A stretch of 64,000 nt of DNA, from positions 64,001-128,000 of the forward strand of contig CBDDBZ010000037.1 of NCBI GenBank assembly GCA_965225945.1, read 5' to 3'. The notes under the pieces were generated by a model. It saw only the letters and a program-made list of their open reading frames with translations, was not told the DNA's origin and did not search any database. How positions within the stretch are numbered: the first letter of the stretch is position 1; every line of letters begins with the position of its first letter. A program made the position numbers and the translations under genes. Below, piece after piece: positions 11,012-20,283 of this stretch. This DNA comes from Alphaproteobacteria bacterium. Its GTDB lineage: Bacteria; Pseudomonadota; Alphaproteobacteria; GCA-2731375.

Positions 11012-11222
11012 CCCCGGGCGAGGTCGCGGCCGAGGCGATCGAGGCCGACGTGCACGTGGCCGGGGTCTGCAACAAGGCGCCGATGTCGACGTCGAAGCCG
11101 ATGTCGGCGAAGGCGATCCCCTCGGGCCCCCGCTCGTGCCCGTCCTGGCCCAGCTTGGCGACCGGCAGGCGGCGGCCCTCGCTGGCGGCGAAGCCCTCGA
11201 TCTCGCCCGCCACCGCCTCGAA
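11012..11222. pseudogene. Rearranged, diverged fragment of the methylmalonyl-CoA mutase B12-binding domain
   Basis: Matches 16932-17148 of scpA ([21 protein letters not shown]); the first ~48 bp are inverted. Confidence 0.8.
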
Positions 11223-11513
11223 GACGGCATCGCGCTCGCGGCGGTGGCGGCGCCGCGAGAAACCCACCGCGCGGGACGTCATCGATGCCCCGAGCCCAAG
11301 CAAAAGCATTCAGTTAGGCGGAAAAGCATTCAGTTTCGGGCGAAAATGAAGGCTCAATTCGTGAATTGTATGCATTAGTGATAGAGTGCCTGGAACGTCA
11401 TGTTAGCGGTGGTTCCAGGGTGCGCTTATATGGTGCTCTTTTTGAGCGGTCGGTGGCGGTTGGCTGACGGGATGCTTTTGGGCTTGGCTGATTTTGTTTC
11501 GCGCTGTGGCTAT

Positions 11514-12410
11514 TCAGTCGAGGGGCCGGTCATCGATCTGGAGCGGTTCGCCGGCGCGGTCGCGCATGAGCATGTCGTTCCAGTCCAGGCCGTCGAGGGC
11601 AGGGCGCAGGCGGACGACCCTGCTGTCGTTTCGGATGAGCCGTGCCGCGGCGTCATCGCCCTGGCGGGTGGCGTCGTAGGCGCAGAAGATCCGGCCGGGG
11701 TTCCAGGCCTCGATCCATTCGGGGAGGCTTGCGGTGGCGCCGCCGGTTGAGACCACGGCGCATCCCTTGCGCCCGGCCGGGACGAGGTGGAGGGAGAGGA
11801 CCGACAGGGCGTCGATTGCGTTCTTGGCGAGGATGACGGAGTTCGGCCAGTCGGGTTCCCACGACATCCAGAAGCCGCCGCGCGCGGCGGCGCCGGTCGG
11901 CGCGAGGCGGCGTGGCGCCGCGGCAGGGACGATCTCGGCGCCGAGAGCCTCGCCGGCCGCGTTTCGGCGGACGAACACGGCGTTGCCGTGGCGGTCGGCG
12001 TAGAGCAAGCCGAGGTCGCGGCACAGGGCGACGAGCACATCCGCGAGGCCGCGCTGCTCGACGAGGTAGCTCTGGATGGCGGGCCAGTGGCGGTCCGGGC
12101 ACGGCGGCTTCGGGTGGCGATCGGCCGGGAACCGGTCACGGCACGGCAGTTCCGAGAAGAAGCCGAGGGCCTCGGGCACGGTGCACCGGCAGGCATGGAT
12201 TACCAGGTCGATCGCTCCGCCCCCGCCCTCGCCGCGCAGATGTTCGTAGAACATAAAGCCGTTGATGCTGACGACGGATCCGGGACGCCTCCAGCGCGCG
12301 GCATCGGTGGGATCGCGGCGGTAGCCGAGGCGGCGGACGACGTCTTCGAGGGGATAGCCTCGCAGGGCCTCGGCCCGCACCCGCCGGTCCCAGAGGCGGG
12401 GACCATCCAT
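11514..12410 (-). CDS. DUF3991/Toprim-like primase-related protein with degenerate acidic motifs
   Basis: GGGGAIDLV, YLVEQRGL, LYADRHGNAVF, LAKNAIDALS, CAYDATRQG, DWND. Confidence 0.75.
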   Translation of the reverse strand: MDGPRLWDRRVRAEALRGYPLEDVVRRLGYRRDPTDAARWRRPGSVVSINGFMFYEHLRGEGGGGAIDLVIHACRCTVPEALGFFSELPCRDRFPADRHPKPPCPDRHWPAIQSYLVEQRGLADVLVALCRDLGLLYADRHGNAVFVRRNAAGEALGAEIVPAAAPRRLAPTGAAARGGFWMSWEPDWPNSVILAKNAIDALSVLSLHLVPAGRKGCAVVSTGGATASLPEWIEAWNPGRIFCAYDATRQGDDAAARLIRNDSRVVRLRPALDGLDWNDMLMRDRAGEPLQIDDRPLD

Positions 12411-12412
12411 GG

Positions 12413-13201
12413 CTACGCCGGCGGCGGTTCCCCGCGGTCCTGCGCGCCGGCCTTGCCGGCTCGCCGCCGGCGGCGCTCGGCGCTGCGCTGCTTCTGGCGT
12501 TCCTCGGCCTCCTTGCGGCGCCAGGACTCGGCGTCGATGGCGATGATCTCGGCGTTGTGGACGAGGCGGTCGACCAGGGCGACGAGGCAGGCGGCGTTGG
12601 GGAAGGCCTCACCCCACTCGGCGAAGGGCCGGTTGGTGGTGATTATGGTGGAGTTCTGCTGGCTGCGGCTGGAGACGATGTTGAACAGCAGATCGGCATG
12701 GCGGTTGCTGTAGGACAGGTATCCGACCTCGTCGATCACCAGCAGGTGCTGGCGGGCGTAGAAGCGCAGCCTGCGCTGAAGCAGGGTGTCGCTGTCGAGG
12801 GCGGCGAGCTCGCCGAGCATGCTGGCCGCGGTGGCGAAGCGCACGGTGTGGCCCTCGAGGACGGCGCGGTGGGCGATATTGGCGGCGATGGTCGACTTGC
12901 CGACGCCGTTTGGGCCGACCAGGACGACGTTGGCGGCCTCGTTGAGGAACTCGAGGCTCATGAGATCCTCGACGGCCATGCGGTCGCAGCGGCGCGGCCA
13001 TGCCCAGTCGAAGTCGGCGAGCGGCTTGAACTGTCCGAGGCGGGCGTCGCCGAGGCGGCGCTTGAGGCTGCGGCTTCGCCGTTCCTCCTCTTCCCAGGCG
13101 ACCAGCGCAGCGGGCCAGTCATGCCCGGCGACCTCGCCCCAGTGGGCGGCGAGGCCGTGCAGGCCGAGCGCCCGGGCACGGCCCATGAGGGTATCGTTCA
13201 T
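12413..13201 (-). CDS. istB: IS21-family helper AAA+ ATPase IstB
   Basis: Walker A GPNGVGKS, Walker [17 protein letters not shown]; ATGA overlap with istA. Confidence 0.93.
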   Translation of the reverse strand: MNDTLMGRARALGLHGLAAHWGEVAGHDWPAALVAWEEEERRSRSLKRRLGDARLGQFKPLADFDWAWPRRCDRMAVEDLMSLEFLNEAANVVLVGPNGVGKSTIAANIAHRAVLEGHTVRFATAASMLGELAALDSDTLLQRRLRFYARQHLLVIDEVGYLSYSNRHADLLFNIVSSRSQQNSTIITTNRPFAEWGEAFPNAACLVALVDRLVHNAEIIAIDAESWRRKEAEERQKQRSAERRRRRAGKAGAQDRGEPPPA

Positions 13202-14703
13202 TGCTCGCTGTCCTCCTCGGGTTCGCCGGCCAGCCCGTCGTATCCGACGAGGTCGTGATCGCGGACAGTGATGTCGCGCACTCTCGGATCGCCGGGCAGT
13301 TCGACGGGGATGGGCGGGGGTTGGTGCCGCAGCTCGCGCCGCCGGGTCAGGCTCAGGCGCACGGCGTTGGGATGGGGAACGTCCCGCTTCAGGGCCTCGT
13401 CGATGGCCGCCTCGAGCTCGGCGGCGCCGTAGGCGTCGAGGAGGCGCAACAGGGCGGCGACGGTGGCGCCTATATAGCCGCCGCGCTGGGCGGCCTCGGC
13501 GAGCAGGCGCTCGCTGTTGGGCGCGGCCTGGACCAGCCGGTCCTGGCCGCGAAGGCGGCGGGCATGGCTCTTGCGCCTGACCAGCTCGGCGATGTGCTCG
13601 GGGTTCTCGATGCGGGCCGCCTTGTCGAAGCTGCGCGGATGGCTGGCGATGACGTCCACACCGTCGAGGATGCGCACCTCGTCGAGCGTCGCGACCACGA
13701 CGAGGGTGCGCCGCACATGGGTGTGCGGCACGCTGTAATCGTTGAGATCGAAGCGGGCGTAGGGGGTCTTGCCGATGGCGACCTCGACCCGGTCGTGGTC
13801 GGGGAAGGGATCGCCGGGCAGCGCGATGAGAGAGCCGCGTTCCCGCTCGAAGGCCTCGCGCACGGTGATCGAGCGGTCTTCGGGCCAGGGGCGGTCGGCG
13901 GCGATGCCGTGGCACCAGGCCAGGGCCTGGGCGTTGAGATCGTCGATATCGCGCCACCGGCGGGCGGCGAAGAAGCTGGTCCGGACATAGCGAATCGCCC
14001 GCTCCACGCGCCCCTTCTCGTTGCCGCGCGCGACCGCGACGGGCTTGGGCAGGAAGTGGTAGTGGCCGGCGAGGTCGAGGATCCGGGGATTGAACCGGAT
14101 GGCGGCGCCGCGGCGCTCCAGCACGACGCTCTTCAGGTTGTCGTACCAGAGCTCGCGGGGCACGCCCTGCCACGCCTCGAAGGCTTCGACATGGCCGCGC
14201 AGGAAGTTGCTCATCCCGGCGTCGAGGTAGAAGCGCAGGAAGATCCGCCGCGAGTAGCTGAGAACCATCACGAAGCCCATCAGGCGGCGCTCCGCGCGGC
14301 CGATCGTCACCTTGCCGAAGTGTCCCCAGTCGACCTGGGCCTGCTCGCCGGGAAGGGTCTTGAGGCGCAGATAGGCCTCGGCCACGGGCCTGGGCCTGAA
14401 GTGGCTGAGCAGATGACGGAAGTGGTCGCCGCCGCCCGGATAGCCGCGTTCGCGCACCATCTGGTAGAGCCGGCTGGCGGGCAGCGTCGGCCAGGATGCC
14501 AGCGTCTCGGCGATGAACGGCACGTATGGATCGATCATCGACGGCCTGGGCGACCTCGCGTCCCGGGGCTCGCCGGCCGCGGTGAGGAGGCGCTCGACGG
14601 TGTAGCGATGCACGCCGAGCTGGCGTGTGATCGTGCCGACCGTCCACTTCTCGACGTGATACAGGCGCAGGATCTCCGCGCGGGTCTCCTTGTCGATGGT
14701 CAT
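13198..14703 (-). CDS. istA: IS21-family transposase IstA
   Basis: HTH N-terminus, [24 protein letters not shown]. Confidence 0.93.
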   Translation of the reverse strand: MTIDKETRAEILRLYHVEKWTVGTITRQLGVHRYTVERLLTAAGEPRDARSPRPSMIDPYVPFIAETLASWPTLPASRLYQMVRERGYPGGGDHFRHLLSHFRPRPVAEAYLRLKTLPGEQAQVDWGHFGKVTIGRAERRLMGFVMVLSYSRRIFLRFYLDAGMSNFLRGHVEAFEAWQGVPRELWYDNLKSVVLERRGAAIRFNPRILDLAGHYHFLPKPVAVARGNEKGRVERAIRYVRTSFFAARRWRDIDDLNAQALAWCHGIAADRPWPEDRSITVREAFERERGSLIALPGDPFPDHDRVEVAIGKTPYARFDLNDYSVPHTHVRRTLVVVATLDEVRILDGVDVIASHPRSFDKAARIENPEHIAELVRRKSHARRLRGQDRLVQAAPNSERLLAEAAQRGGYIGATVAALLRLLDAYGAAELEAAIDEALKRDVPHPNAVRLSLTRRRELRHQPPPIPVELPGDPRVRDITVRDHDLVGYDGLAGEPEEDSEQ

Positions 14704-15140
14704 CTCACCCCCTTTCCCGTCGGGCGCAGCCCCGGATAGACCGCCTGCCCGCAGAACCGGCCGCAGCGATCGCAGCGGAAGACCCTGGCGGGCCGCTCGT
14801 GCCCGAAGGGCCGTGTTCCGGGACGCCCTGCCGGCGTCCGCGCCACAACAGGACGCCGCCGCGCGGCGGTCAAAGGGTGATGCGTCACTTCCTGCCCGCG
14901 GCGCCGATTCACCGGCGTCCGGCGCCGCCGGCGTTCGCGATAGCGCCGCTGGCGCTCAGCATGCTTGTGACGGCCCCGCCGGCTGTTCTGGTAGCGCTGC
15001 CCGGCATGGCGCTGCGATCGCCGGCGCACCCGATCGCTGCAGCTCCGTGAACAGTAGATGTTGCCGTGGTCGCAGTGCCGGCAGAGAACCACCTGTTGAT
15101 GGCACGAGGCGCAGTTGAACAGGCGGGCGGTGTTCTTCAT
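14700..15140 (-). CDS. Cys-rich putative Zn-binding, Arg-rich protein coupled to istA
   Basis: CASC, CRHC, CSRSC near the N-terminus, basic helix, C-terminal CDRCGRFC; stop overlaps the istA ATG. Confidence 0.75.
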   Translation of the reverse strand: MKNTARLFNCASCHQQVVLCRHCDHGNIYCSRSCSDRVRRRSQRHAGQRYQNSRRGRHKHAERQRRYRERRRRRTPVNRRRGQEVTHHPLTAARRRPVVARTPAGRPGTRPFGHERPARVFRCDRCGRFCGQAVYPGLRPTGKGVR

Positions 15141-15560
15141 CGCGCAGCCGATGAGAACGGGGTGGACCCACGCCCAAACCCGCACGATACTGCGCATATG
15201 GGTCGTGCCTTGCATGGCTCGGGGGGTGCGGTGCCGGTCGTTGCCAGCAAGCAAACGGGGCCGGCGCCGCATCGTTCTCAGCGGCCCGAGTGTACTCCCG
15301 CGGCTCCCCTTGTCAGGTCCGCGGAACCGCCGCCGCCAGCCAGCCAAAACAGGAATCGAGACGCCCGCCCGCGGTGGATAAGCAGCCCGCCGCCGCCAGA
15401 CTCTTGGCGGTCGCTGCGGCGGGCTACTTACCCACCGCTGCGCCGAGCCAACTCCCGCCTGCAAACCACGCAGCTACAGCGCCACGATGCCCGATGTCGC
15501 TGAAATCACCATCTAAGCGCGGTTTTTCATCGCCACCGACAAACGTCAGGAGGTTGGGTT

Positions 15561-16499
15561 ATGGACGGCAAGGGTTTCCAGGTGTGGCTTTCGGCGGCGC
15601 GCGGGCTGACGCGCGCGCAGCGGCGCGAGGCGCTCGCGGTGCTGTCGGGCCGGAGCGAGGGCGAGGCATCGAAGGCCGCGATCGAGCTTGGTGTGGACGA
15701 GGCCCGGCGCTGTCCGCACTGCGCGAGCGAAGGGGCGGTTTCGCGCGGTATGGCGCGGGGTCTGCGGCGCTACCAGTGCAAGGGCTGCGGCAGGACCTTC
15801 AACGCGCTGAGCGGTACGCCGCTGTCGGGCTTGCACCACAAGGAACGCTGGCTGTCGTTCGGGGCGTCGCTGGCGAAGGGGGAGACGGTGAAGGCCTCGG
15901 CGGCGCGCTGCGACGTGGCGGTGAGCACGGCGTTCCGCTGGCGTCACCGGTTTCTGGCGGCGGCGCGGAGCGATTCGGAGGTGCTCAAGGGGATCGTGGA
16001 AGCGGACGAGACCTACGTCCTGGAGAGCCGGAAGGGCGCGCGCGGGCTGGGGCGCAAGGCACGGCGGCGGGGCGGCAAGGCGAAGAAGCGCGGCCTCTCG
16101 CGCGAGCAGGTACCGGTTCTCATGGCGGCGGACCGGAGCGGAACGACGGTCAGCGCGGTGCTGCCCAGGGTCGATGCGGCGGCGCTCACGGCTGCCCTCG
16201 ACCCGGTGGTCGCGAAGGACGCCCTGCTGGTCTCCGACGGCGGCGCGAGCTACCCACCGTGCGCCGCCGCGCTCGGGGTGAGCCACGAAGCACTCAACCG
16301 CTCGATGGGGGAACGGGTTCGGGGCGATCTGCATGTGCAGACGGTGAACAGCCGCCACAGCCGGTTGAAGGACTTCCTGCGTCCCCGCCGCGGCATCGCC
16401 ACCCGCTATCTGGACAACTACCTGAGCTGGTTCCACCTCGTCGGCCTCGCCCCCGGCGCCAATGACCGAGCCTGCCTCGCCGCCGCCGTAACAAGGTGA
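15561..16499 (+). CDS. IS1595-family transposase
   Basis: Zn ribbon CPHC...CKGC, VEADETY, LVSDG, HVQTVNSRHSRLK; GGAGG at 15549. Confidence 0.92.
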   Translation: MDGKGFQVWLSAARGLTRAQRREALAVLSGRSEGEASKAAIELGVDEARRCPHCASEGAVSRGMARGLRRYQCKGCGRTFNALSGTPLSGLHHKERWLSFGASLAKGETVKASAARCDVAVSTAFRWRHRFLAAARSDSEVLKGIVEADETYVLESRKGARGLGRKARRRGGKAKKRGLSREQVPVLMAADRSGTTVSAVLPRVDAAALTAALDPVVAKDALLVSDGGASYPPCAAALGVSHEALNRSMGERVRGDLHVQTVNSRHSRLKDFLRPRRGIATRYLDNYLSWFHLVGLAPGANDRACLAAAVTR

Positions 16500-16695
16500 C
16501 GCATACAATTCACGAATTGAGCCAAAATGAATGCCTCATGAATGCGATTTTGGCCGCCGGAGGGCCCCTCGACACACTCATAAAGCAAAATACGGGGGCG
16601 GGTCGCGAGCTTCGTGGTCCCATACCGGAGAGCTTGGCGCCACGAGGCCAAATCGGCGCTCCGTCGAGCCGACCCACGGGTCGAATCGCCGTCCC

Positions 16696-18846
16696 CTACG
16701 CCGCCTTTCGCTCGCCGGCGAGCAGGGCGAGGATCTCGCGGGCGGCGGTGGGGATGAGGGTGCCGGGGCCGTAGACGGCGGCGACGCCGGCCTCATGCAA
16801 AAAGCCATGGTCGCGGGTCGGGATGACGCCGCCGCAGACCACCAGAATCCCGGCCCCGCCCTCGGCCCGGAGCGCCTCGATCAGCTCCGGCACCAAGGTC
16901 TTGTGGCCCGCCGCCTGGGTCGAGACGCCGACCACGTGCACGTCGTTCTCGATCGCCTCGGCCGCGACCTCGCCCGGGGTCTGGAACAGGGCGCCGATAT
17001 CGACGTCGAAGCCGATGTCGGCGAAGGCGGTGGCGATCACCTTGGCGCCGCGGTCGTGGCCGTCCTGGCCCAGCTTGGCGACCAGCAGGCGGGGCCGGCG
17101 GCCCTCGCTGGCGGCGAAGGCCTCGATCTCGGCCCTCACCGCCTCGAATTCGCCGTCGCCCTCGAAAGCCTGGCCGTAGACCCCGGAGATCGAGCGGATC
17201 TCGGCCCGGTAACGGCCGAAGACGTCCTCCATGGCCAGGCTCATCTCGCCGAGGGTGGCCCGTGCGCGGGCCGCCTCGACGGAGAGCGCCAGCAGATTGG
17301 CCTCGCCCTGGGCACCGTTGCGCAGCGAATTGAGCGCCGCCACCACCGCCGCCTCGTCGCGGCCCTCACGGAGCTGGGCGAGCCGCGCGATCTGGCGCTC
17401 GCGCACCTCGGTATTGTCGATCTCGCGGACCTCGACCTCCTCGCCTGTCTCGCCGAGGTATTTGTTGACGCCGACGACGACCTCCTCGCCGCGCTCGATT
17501 CCAGCCTGGCGCCGCGCCGCCGCCGCCTCGATTTCGAGCTTCGGCATGCCGGCCTCGACGGCGCGCGTCATGCCGCCCATGGCCTCGACCTCCTCGATCA
17601 GCGACCAGGCGTGGCGCGCCAGCGCGTCGGTCAGCGCCTCGATATAATAGCTGCCGCCCAGGGGATCGACGACGCGGGCCACGCCGGTCTCCTCGGAGAG
17701 GATCAATTGGGTGTTGCGGGCCACGGTGGCGGCGAAGTCGGAGGGCAGCGCGATCGCCTCGTCGAAGGAGTTGGTATGCAAGCTCTGCGTGCCGCCCAGG
17801 ACCGCGGCCAGCGCCTCGTAGGCGGTGCGCACGATGTTGTTGTGGGGCGATTGCTCGGTCAGGCTGACGCCGCTGGTTTGGCAATGGGTCCGCAGCATCA
17901 AGGAGCGGGGCGAGGTTGGCTCGAAACCCGCGACGATGCGGGCCCACAGCAGCCGGGCCGCGCGCAGCTTGGCGATCTCCATGAAGAAATTCATGCCGAT
18001 GCCGAAGAAGAAGGAGAGGCGGCCGGCGAAGGCGTCGATCGCCAGGCCGCGATCCGTCGCCGCGCGTACGTATTCCAGGCCGTCGGCCAGCGTGAAGGCG
18101 AGTTCCTGCACCGCCGTGGCACCGGCCTCCCCCATGTGGTAGCCGGAGATCGAGATCGAGTTGAAGCGCGGCATCTCGGCGGCCGTGTATTCGATCACGT
18201 CGGCGACGATCCGCATCGAGGGCGCCGGGGGATAGATATAGGTGTTGCGGACCATGAATTCCTTGAGGATGTCGTTCTGGATGGTCCCGGAAAGCTTTGC
18301 CCTGGGCGTCCCCTGCTCCTCGCCGGCGACGATGAAGGCCGCCAGGGTCGGCAGCACGGCGCCGTTCATGGTCATCGAGACGCTCATGCCCTGAAGCGCG
18401 ATCCCCTCGAAGAGGCGCTTCATGTCCTCGACCGAGTCGATCGCCACGCCGGCCTTGCCGACGTCGCCCACCACGCGCTCGTGATCGGAATCGTAGCCCC
18501 GGTGGGTCGCCAGGTCGAAGGCGACGGAAAGCCCGGTCTGCCCGCCCGCGATGGCGCGACGATAGAAGGCGTTGGAATCTTCCGCCGTCGAGAAACCGGC
18601 GTATTGGCGGATCGTCCACGGCCGGTTGGCGTACATCGTCGCGCGGATGCCCCGGGTGAACGGCGCCAGGCCGGGCAGCGTGTCGCAGCCCTCCAGCCCC
18701 TCCAGGTCGGCCGCCGTGTAGAGCGGCTTGACGGCGATGCCTTCCGCCGTCTCCCACTCGAGCTCGAGGTCGAGGCACTCCCGCTTCAGCTCCTTGGCCG
18801 CCAGCCGGCGCCAGGCCTCGAGACCGATTCCCGCATCCTCGCTCAT
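16696..18846 (-). CDS. scpA: Methylmalonyl-CoA mutase
   Basis: [25 protein letters not shown]12-binding GQDGHDRG. Confidence 0.96.
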   Translation of the reverse strand: MSEDAGIGLEAWRRLAAKELKRECLDLELEWETAEGIAVKPLYTAADLEGLEGCDTLPGLAPFTRGIRATMYANRPWTIRQYAGFSTAEDSNAFYRRAIAGGQTGLSVAFDLATHRGYDSDHERVVGDVGKAGVAIDSVEDMKRLFEGIALQGMSVSMTMNGAVLPTLAAFIVAGEEQGTPRAKLSGTIQNDILKEFMVRNTYIYPPAPSMRIVADVIEYTAAEMPRFNSISISGYHMGEAGATAVQELAFTLADGLEYVRAATDRGLAIDAFAGRLSFFFGIGMNFFMEIAKLRAARLLWARIVAGFEPTSPRSLMLRTHCQTSGVSLTEQSPHNNIVRTAYEALAAVLGGTQSLHTNSFDEAIALPSDFAATVARNTQLILSEETGVARVVDPLGGSYYIEALTDALARHAWSLIEEVEAMGGMTRAVEAGMPKLEIEAAAARRQAGIERGEEVVVGVNKYLGETGEEVEVREIDNTEVRERQIARLAQLREGRDEAAVVAALNSLRNGAQGEANLLALSVEAARARATLGEMSLAMEDVFGRYRAEIRSISGVYGQAFEGDGEFEAVRAEIEAFAASEGRRPRLLVAKLGQDGHDRGAKVIATAFADIGFDVDIGALFQTPGEVAAEAIENDVHVVGVSTQAAGHKTLVPELIEALRAEGGAGILVVCGGVIPTRDHGFLHEAGVAAVYGPGTLIPTAAREILALLAGERKAA

Positions 18847-18903
18847 GCTCGCCTCCTCCGCGCCCTCGTCGTCGCGATGGGCGTGCCTTTATAGCAGAGG
18901 GCG

Positions 18904-20253
18904 TCAGACATTCGGCGCGGCGAAGGCCGCCTCCATTTCGCGCCGCGCATGCAGTGCCGGATCGGTCTCGTCGAGCGCGACGTCGCCCCAGACCAAGAGT
19001 TCGCCGGCCGCGACGTCGCGGGTGAGGGCTGCCTCGCTCGCCAGGCCGAGGGGCAGCCCGCCGATCTCGAGCGAGCGGGCGGCGGGGAGCTGCTTGCCCC
19101 AGACCGTGTAGCCGCCCTCGCCGTCGAGCACTTCACCGGCCACAAGATCGCGCTTGGCGGTGGCGACGACATCGGAACGCCATCCCGTCGGCGCCCCCGT
19201 CGCCTCGCCCCTGAGCGCGACGCTGGCCAGCGTGACGCCCAATTCCAGCCCGATCATGTGGGTCGGCCGGTAGAGCGCGAAGTGTTCATAGGTCTCGTCC
19301 GGCAGGAAGCCATACTGTCGATTGCATTCACGGACGTAGGCATGATCCGCCTCGATGACGACAAATGTACCCATTCGGAGGTGATGGGCGATCTCGTTCA
19401 TCCCGCCGTCGAGCGAGGAGACCACCTCGGTCGTGCCCTTGTGGCTGAGCCGGCCGCCGGCGCCGAGGGGCTTACAGATCGAGGCCAGCTCGTAGCACGA
19501 GGCGGTGGGGAAGGCGAGCCCGTCCGGCTGCGGGGTGAGCCCGGTGGCGTTACAGACCGCGGTCATCTCGATGCCGGATTTGCTGCCGTCGTGGAAGCTG
19601 TTGAACATCTTCGCATTGAGCCCGTCGGCCGCCGCCTGTTCGGCCGAGATGTAGAAATGCTCCCAGACCGTCTCCGGCGTCGATTGATGGAAGCTCGGGT
19701 GATAGCGCGTGCCCTTGCCGGCGGAGACGATCTCGAAACCGCAGGTTCGCGCCCAATCGACATGCTCGCAGATCAGCGCCGGCTGGTCGCCGTAGGCGAG
19801 GCTGTAGACGACGCCCGCCTCGCCCGCCTTGCGGGCCAGCAGGGGGCCGGCGACGACGTCGGCCTCGACGTTGACCATGACGATGTGACGGCCGGCCGCG
19901 ATCGCCATCAGCGCATGGCGGATACCGACCCGGGGATCGCCCGTCGCCTCGATCACGATATCGAGGCCGTCGGCCTCGATCAGCGCCGCCGCGTCCTCGC
20001 TCAGGTGGGTGGCGCCACCGCTCAACGCCGCGGCCAAGGACGGCGCGGCGTAGGCCGCCTCGTCCCAGCCGGTGACGCGGCAGGCGGTGCGCGCCCGTTC
20101 GACGTCCAGGTCGGCGATGCCCAGCACGTGGATCCCCGTGGTGCGCCGCGCCTGGGACAAAACCATGGCGCCGAACTTGCCGGCGCCGATCAGCCCGACG
20201 CGCACCGGCCGGCCGGCCTCGGCGCGGGCCGCCAAGAGAGCGTGGAGGTTCAT
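18904..20253 (-). CDS. Homoserine dehydrogenase-like NAD(P) oxidoreductase with C-terminal SAF domain
   Basis: GAGKFG, VMVNVEAD, GDQP, AKRDLVAGEVLDGEGG. Confidence 0.85.
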   Translation of the reverse strand: MNLHALLAARAEAGRPVRVGLIGAGKFGAMVLSQARRTTGIHVLGIADLDVERARTACRVTGWDEAAYAAPSLAAALSGGATHLSEDAAALIEADGLDIVIEATGDPRVGIRHALMAIAAGRHIVMVNVEADVVAGPLLARKAGEAGVVYSLAYGDQPALICEHVDWARTCGFEIVSAGKGTRYHPSFHQSTPETVWEHFYISAEQAAADGLNAKMFNSFHDGSKSGIEMTAVCNATGLTPQPDGLAFPTASCYELASICKPLGAGGRLSHKGTTEVVSSLDGGMNEIAHHLRMGTFVVIEADHAYVRECNRQYGFLPDETYEHFALYRPTHMIGLELGVTLASVALRGEATGAPTGWRSDVVATAKRDLVAGEVLDGEGGYTVWGKQLPAARSLEIGGLPLGLASEAALTRDVAAGELLVWGDVALDETDPALHARREMEAAFAAPNV

Positions 20254-20283
20254 GGCTCTTTCCTTTGCGCCCGCGAGCGCGCG

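Larger units (their letters stand above)
11401..15541 (-). mobile_element. IS21-related four-gene transposon (4141 bp)
   Basis: TGT...ACA termini sharing GCGCTTAnATGGTG at positions 22-35 of each end; 7-bp TSD AACGTCA at 11394-11400 and 15542-15548. Confidence 0.9.
11351..16523 (+). mobile_element. IS1595-family element (about 1025 bp of its own) carrying a nested 4.1-kb IS21-like transposon
   Basis: Perfect 23-bp IRs GGCTCAATTCGTGAATTGTATGC (11351-11373, 16501-16523); 8-bp TSD AAAATGAA (11343-11350, 16524-16531). Confidence 0.93.

Noticed and set aside
12413-14647. 744-aa ORF as a large IstB fusion
   Set aside because: The upstream part is an alternative frame over istA; istB starts at 13201 with an ATGA overlap.
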